Positions 58,440 through 64,000 of a DNA stretch of 64,000 nucleotides are shown here, piece by piece; positions within the stretch are counted from its first letter, which is position 1, and every line of letters starts with the position of its first letter. Location: the NCBI GenBank assembly GCA_004764695.1, contig SMSO01000009.1, positions 174,451 to 238,450 of the forward strand, given 5' to 3'. Below the pieces are notes generated by a model, which saw only the letters and a program-made list of their open reading frames with translations, was not told the DNA's origin and made no database searches. The position numbers were made by a program, and so were the translations under genes. This DNA comes from Schizochytrium sp. TIO01 (taxonomy: Eukaryota > Protista > Bigyra: Labyrinthulomycetes).

Positions 58440-58877
58440 ATGTCGAGCGGAAACTGTGTCACGCCTACGCTGGAGAGGCTCCGCGCGATCGTGCAGGCGC
58501 ATAGCGTGCGTCAAACTCCAGATGCGCCGAGTTTGCATCAGGAGCTACTTGAGGTTCTACAGGACCTTACTAGAGATGCGCGCATTCCAGACGCGCAGGA
58601 ATCCACAGCTGCGGAGACAAACGCGCCCCTGACTGAGATCGAAGATGAAAAGAGCAATCGACAAAGTCCTAACATGGAAGGCGGAGTCCAAGAAGACCAG
58701 CCTGGCAGCGAGAACCGTGACAGTGACCATGACGCTGAAAACGATATTGAATCTCACCAAGCGGACGAAGGACAAGGAGAAGAAGAAGAAGATGATGATA
58801 ACATTCAAAGCAAGATCACCAAACCCTCGACATGGTTCGCATTTATGAGTGGCGCAGGCAAGGATACAACGAATGAC

Positions 58878-58917
<40 letters not shown>

Positions 58918-61900
58918 TTGAGACAAACTCACCAACTTTGGCTGATGATGGCAAGCTTGAAAGGGGGCATGAGGCCGAGAGTGACACACCAAAAGATGAG
59001 GAAGTAGATGTTAATGTTAATGAAGTTCCACCTACATTGAATCCTTCCAGACTCGTGCGTTTCACATCAAACTGCAATGGTGGTGTCCTGCCTGAAGTTT
59101 GGCTAGAAGATCTCAAACCACATCTAGAAATGCTACAACAAGAAAATGTGGAGAACACGTTTCCGGAGAGCATGGAGCTTTCCCTTCGTGAAGCACAGCA
59201 TTTGGTTCTTGTTGTTCATGGCATTGGAAAACATCATGACTTCAAAGACGCAAGCATGTCTTGGGACGGATCTTATGGAGAGCTCTCGGGTGGGTATTAC
59301 GACTTTAAAAGCAAGTTCTATGAGATGCTCGGCCCAGAGGGGCCGCTAAAGGATCTGCCCATGAACCTCAATTTTGAAAGCATCGAGTGGCACGAGCCCC
59401 TCCGCGAAGCGTGTAACGTAGAAGAAGTACTTAAAGAAGCAGCGCCCGAAGGGATTGCCTCCCTACGAGAGTTTGTAACTGAGGCTATTACAGACGGGCT
59501 TCTTTACTGGTCTTCAAGATATGGGCAAAGTATAATCGACAGTGTTGCCTGGCAACTTAACGAGAAGTACAAGTCATTTAAGGAAACTCACCCAGGATTT
59601 ACTGGACCTGTATCAATCTTCGCACATTCACTCGGCTCTGTCATTATTTTTGATCTTCTATCTCGTTGTCGCACAGATATTCGTACTCCAAAGCTCGACT
59701 TCGATGTAAACGTCTTCTTCCTTGCTGGGTCACCACTTGCGTACATGCACCTGTGTCGAGGCGATCTTTTCGATGAAAATGGTACGTACCTTCCGTCATA
59801 CTTTTTGCCTGAGAGTGTTCGAGTAGTCAACTTTTTCCATGTGAATGATCCTGTGGCGTGGCGTCTCGGACCCCTGCTGGCGAAAAAGAAAATGGAAGAG
59901 GAGAAAATTGAAGCTGCTGAAGGAGGAGACCCTCCTCCCGATGATAACCAATCAGTAGATGAGAAACGCAAGGCAATCCGGGACGAAGTTGAGGCGACTG
60001 GCGTTACAGTCACCCTTCCACACTCATCTGAGGTCGAAGGTCTAAGTCTTGATGACGTGCTCTTGAAATTCGCTGACCTCCTTCACTTAACGCATGACGA
60101 TGCATCATACTCATCGAAAATTCACTTGCGTCCCATTGATTTTGGTCTTCCTCTATCTCGATATGAGCGTGTTGTTGAGCTTGCCTCGGCCACCAGTGCT
60201 CATTCTTCCTATTGGGGCCACCCTTCCTTGACCCTCAGCGTCATAATGACTTTGTGTGAACCTCTGATGCCAATTCTTCAGCTTTACAAGGAGCGGGGTG
60301 TAGATGTTCGCGTTACGCCACGACGAATGAAGATTAGCTTCGCTCATCCAGCCCTCGCAGTAGAGCCTGTTATGGAGGAAGGGCCCGTTAAAGGTTTCTG
60401 GGCGCAACGCTTTTGTGTTCTTCAGGACGACGGTCTCTTCCTCTTCGAAAAGGATGTTCAGGAATCAGCTGGCGCTAAACAATGTTCCATCCCCCTTGAT
60501 CGTTGTCAGTTGCGGGTCAAGGCTCTGAAAGACCATAGTAGTATCATGCAAGTGCCCTCGAACTCGTCTTCTTCATCCAGCTCGTCCACCAGCATAGCAT
60601 CAATTGATTCAGGTGCATCAGCCTCACCTCGAAATAGTGACTTGCCTACCGCACCGACGATTCGATGCCCTTCTGAGGCCTTTCTGCTCATCGTGCGTGA
60701 TCCAAATGCAAAAAATGCAATAACTTACGACATTACTGCTAAATCACAAGCCATTGCTCAGTGGTGGGTCGATGGCATACAACAGGCTCAGCAGGATTAC
60801 CTTTATAATCAGAGCATTATCGAGTCTATGCAATCGCGTCCTCGGCGTCATAGTCTAAGTTCTATTTTATCCGGTATGCATCGACCTCGTAACTCCAGTA
60901 TGTCTTCTGCTCCAGAATCTGTACGCAGTACAGGAGGACACTCTGTCGCCTCCGAACCAGGCCTACTTCATGAAAATAATACGGACCCATCTTCAGTGAC
61001 AGCACGTGCAGCTACTGCTGCAGCTTTTGCTTCTTCAGTCTCTCGATCAGGTGAGCACAAGGAAAGCAGTGATCTAGACACCAACGGAGATGATTTTCCT
61101 GCTGATGGTGTTTACAGTGATGATGGAACTTTGGACGAGGATGAAGTTGATAGCGACGAGGAGGAGCTCGATATACAACCACCTTCGGAGGTCTTTGATC
61201 TCTTACGTCATGGTAACTTGATGGTAAACGTGAGTACACAATGGAGTGGGAAAAGTCTCAAGTGGTTCGCACTTCGTAGGGGTGCTGACTCCATCGTTTA
61301 TTTTGAACGTGAACCTAAGGTTGAGCCTGTTCGTCAGTTAGATTTGAAAGCTGTGCATCTAGTCCAAGGTTCGCGCATGCAACGCCTACTTCGCCTCGTA
61401 TACGTTGGGGGTGGGGCAATGAACCTTCGTTTCACACGTGATGGTGTTTTCGACTCTTGGCACAGGCTTCTCGGCCGGCTCTGTCCAGATGCAAGGTTCG
61501 AAGACTTGTCTATGAGTCATAAATCATTTCTCATGCCAGGCATGCCCTTTACCAGTGGCGAAATGGCTGCTTCTACAGACACCCAGCTTTCTGTTGCAGT
61601 CACTGGCTATGTGGTGTGTCGCGAGCCTAATTCAACATCTTCTTATGCAGGGTATACCATTAACGTCATTTTCCATAGTGGAGATGAAGGCGCCCATGTG
61701 GTGCGGCGCTACAGTGAATTTAAAAACTTCTCCAAAGAGATTGCCAAAGAGGTGGAGAGTAAATTCGGGGCCGAAGCTCTTCAAAAATTGCCTGTTCTAC
61801 CTTCATCTACCCTGTTGCAGTCCATGCAGCCGAGCTACCTTAATCGCCAGGTCCAAAAGCTTCATGGGTACCTCTGCGCGATGAGCAAAATAAAAAATGT

Positions 61901-62090
61901 TCAAGGCTGTTCAGCCTGGTATGCTTTTCTCCTCCGATCGGGGGAAAGCCTGACCTCCAAACCTCGCCCTCGAACTACGTCGGGTACTTTGCCTCGCACA
62001 ATCACACCCATCATTAAATCTACCCAAGGAAGCAGCCGTAGCGATGGGTTTGTTCCACCTTCCACCGACAATGAAAAGGAAAATGAATAG
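58440..62090 (+). CDS. DDHD-family phospholipase A1-like protein with two PH-like domains and a C-terminal PX domain
   Basis: HLVLVVHGIG, lipase AHSLGS, FFLAGSPL, NFFHVNDPVAWRL, AHSSYW (DDHD). WAQRFCVL...QWWVDGI and KWFALR...DSWHRLL (PH). YAGYTI...VVRRYSEF...LP...KLHGYL (PX). Confidence 0.82.
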
Positions 62091-63679
62091 AATTCATATG
62101 TGTATCTGGGCGCTGGTATTGTGGCCTGATTGTTGTACTCTAGGGATAGACGCGTAGCTGTCATAAGGCTACGTGACGATGTACATGAAATCTTATTAGA
62201 TACAAATGCCATCGGGTTAGAGACAGGCGACACAAGGCTGCATATTACAAGGTTGATCCCTTGCATCCAAAAGATAGCAATGGGGCCTCTCCAAAGGAAA
62301 AGAACCTCCTTGACCAGCGCTCCTCAAAAAAAGAATACAAGAAAAAAGAAAACATATGCTATGCAAAATTATGAATTATACGCACCCTCTATGCCCAGCA
62401 TTATCGAGTAGTATCATTTCGTGCCGTAATGATAGTGAGCATCACGTAACCTATTGTACAAAGCGTAACCATGAGTGAAGACCCTACAAGATCAGCTGTG
62501 TCCCAATGTTTGTTTTGAAGAATCATGAAGATGCACCCCCCATAGATAATTAGCGTTGTTACAATTTGAAGGATCTTCCATTCGCTCAACCATGATTGTT
62601 TCTTGCTCCCCATTTTGCTGCGTGTCTCGACTATCTTCGCAAAGAAAATTCCACTCCACTCCTGCTACTGCGTCAATCGCGCAGATGCGTAGCCGTTGCC
62701 CCGGAGCGGTCTTCCTAACTCACCGCTTCTCTCCAAAACGGTTCTGGGCAGAAATGGATGCAGGGTCCAATGAGGCTAAGCTTTGGCCTTCCCTTTTCAA
62801 AGTCACCTAGGAGCTTGCGCAAGCCCTGGATGGTTTGATTCTGCAATGCGTGCGCGAGTTCTTCGTTCCACCATGCCAGCTTTGACCGACTCCCCCCTCT
62901 ACAACTGAAGTCTTTTGTTTTATGTAGTAGTAGCATATAGTAAGTAGGTACTTCTTTCTTAAGAAGTCTCTTCAATCAATACTCTTTACGAAAAAACTTG
63001 GATAAAAACATGATTGTCGAAAACAAAGACAGAGCACGGGTTTCGAATGAGGCATCAACGCCTTCATCGGTGTTCGGATGGTCTTGGCAATAGACTTCTT
63101 CAACTGCATATTATTTAGTTGAGCTGACAAGCACATATAGGAGAGGATTCTCACGATTCATGCAATTGCAAGGTATCGCAGTGCATGTCGAACGAAAAGT
63201 ACTAGGAAGTAAACAAGAATTAGACAAAATTGAAAATGAAATTCAAAATTTTGCAAACTAAAGCACCAATGTCATGGTTTCCTCAGTAAATTAACGCATT
63301 TCCAATCTCAGTTAAGCCTCATCAATTGCTTAACATCTCTCGACACTTTAAAGAACAACTTCGCTTTAGCCAGGTCCAATTGTGTCTGAATGTATCTATT
63401 CATTTCCACCGTGTAAATAATCCTATCTAAATCTTTTGAAGTATCTTGTCTCTCGCACTGGTCAGCAACGATTCTATGAATCCTTTCGACGCTTGGGTTT
63501 GAATCAAATCAAAGAATGTCACTCATTTTACTATCGATAAGTTTAATATACCGATTTAACAATTGAAGCTTACTTGGCAAATTAAAATAAAGTTCTTGCT
63601 TGTCTCAAGAGGTACATGAACGAATGAGAGTTAAACTTTGCGCTTGCGCAGCTAGAATATCATTATCAAAAAAGGATAA

Positions 63680-63927
63680 GACAAGACAAGACAAGACAAG
63701 ACAAGACAAGACAAGACAAGACAAGACAAGACAAGACAAGACAAAGACAAGACAAGACAAGACAAGACAAGACAAGACAAGACAAGACAAGACAAGACAA
63801 GACAAGACAAGACAAGACAAGACAAGACAAGACAAGACAAGACAAGACACAGACAAGACAAGACAAGACAAGACAAGACAAGACAAGACAAGACAAGACA
63901 AGACAAGACAAGACAAGACAAGACAAG
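63680..63927. repeat. (GACAA)n microsatellite, ~250 bp
   Basis: Read directly; it explains the CLVLS/QDKTR pseudo-ORFs. Confidence 0.97.
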
Positions 63928-64000
63928 TACTCTCATCAAAGGCTCTCACTAACAACCCTTTTACTTGGCGTACAAAGTAGATTTGGTAATTCTAGCGCAC

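Noticed and set aside
62130-63154. Possible minus-strand membrane-protein gene (62401-62613 has two hydrophobic segments)
   Set aside because: Surrounded by in-frame stops with no convincing exon chain or family motif. It may be a pseudogene but cannot be supported.

Overview
Eukaryotic (stramenopile) nuclear DNA. The 18S sequence and gene style point to a thraustochytrid close to Aurantiochytrium/Schizochytrium; this is recognised by eye, not by search. The left ~42 kb looks subtelomeric/accessory. It holds one complete, non-tandem 18S-5.8S-28S unit on the minus strand, two identical dispersed 5S genes, three tRNAs, two solo LTRs with 5-bp target-site duplications, CRN/RHS-like and ABC-F pseudogenes, a cox1 NUMT and a bacterial-like GNAT. 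The right ~20 kb holds ordinary genes: PPP2R3C/TON2, a DHX33-like helicase, NDUFA6, lysA and a DDHD-PH-PH-PX protein. The main observation is that the two long tandem repeats (~424-bp units at 1-1780 and ~385-bp units at 25.2-29.9 kb) are not non-coding spacers. Each unit is one 84-bp, phase-2 exon encoding one 28-aa LRR plus a near-identical intron. Introns and LRR scaffold codons are homogenised, while codons for the exposed concave-face residues are hypervariable and occur in mix-and-match combinations. One array splices in frame onto a protein kinase plus RING/Rcat (RBR-type) E3 ligase. The other forms a complete 15-exon, 490-aa LRR gene with a non-homogenised paralog at 42-45 kb. This looks like a recombination-diversified, exon-modular LRR receptor repertoire embedded in an rDNA-bearing region. 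An immune function is inferred, not shown.
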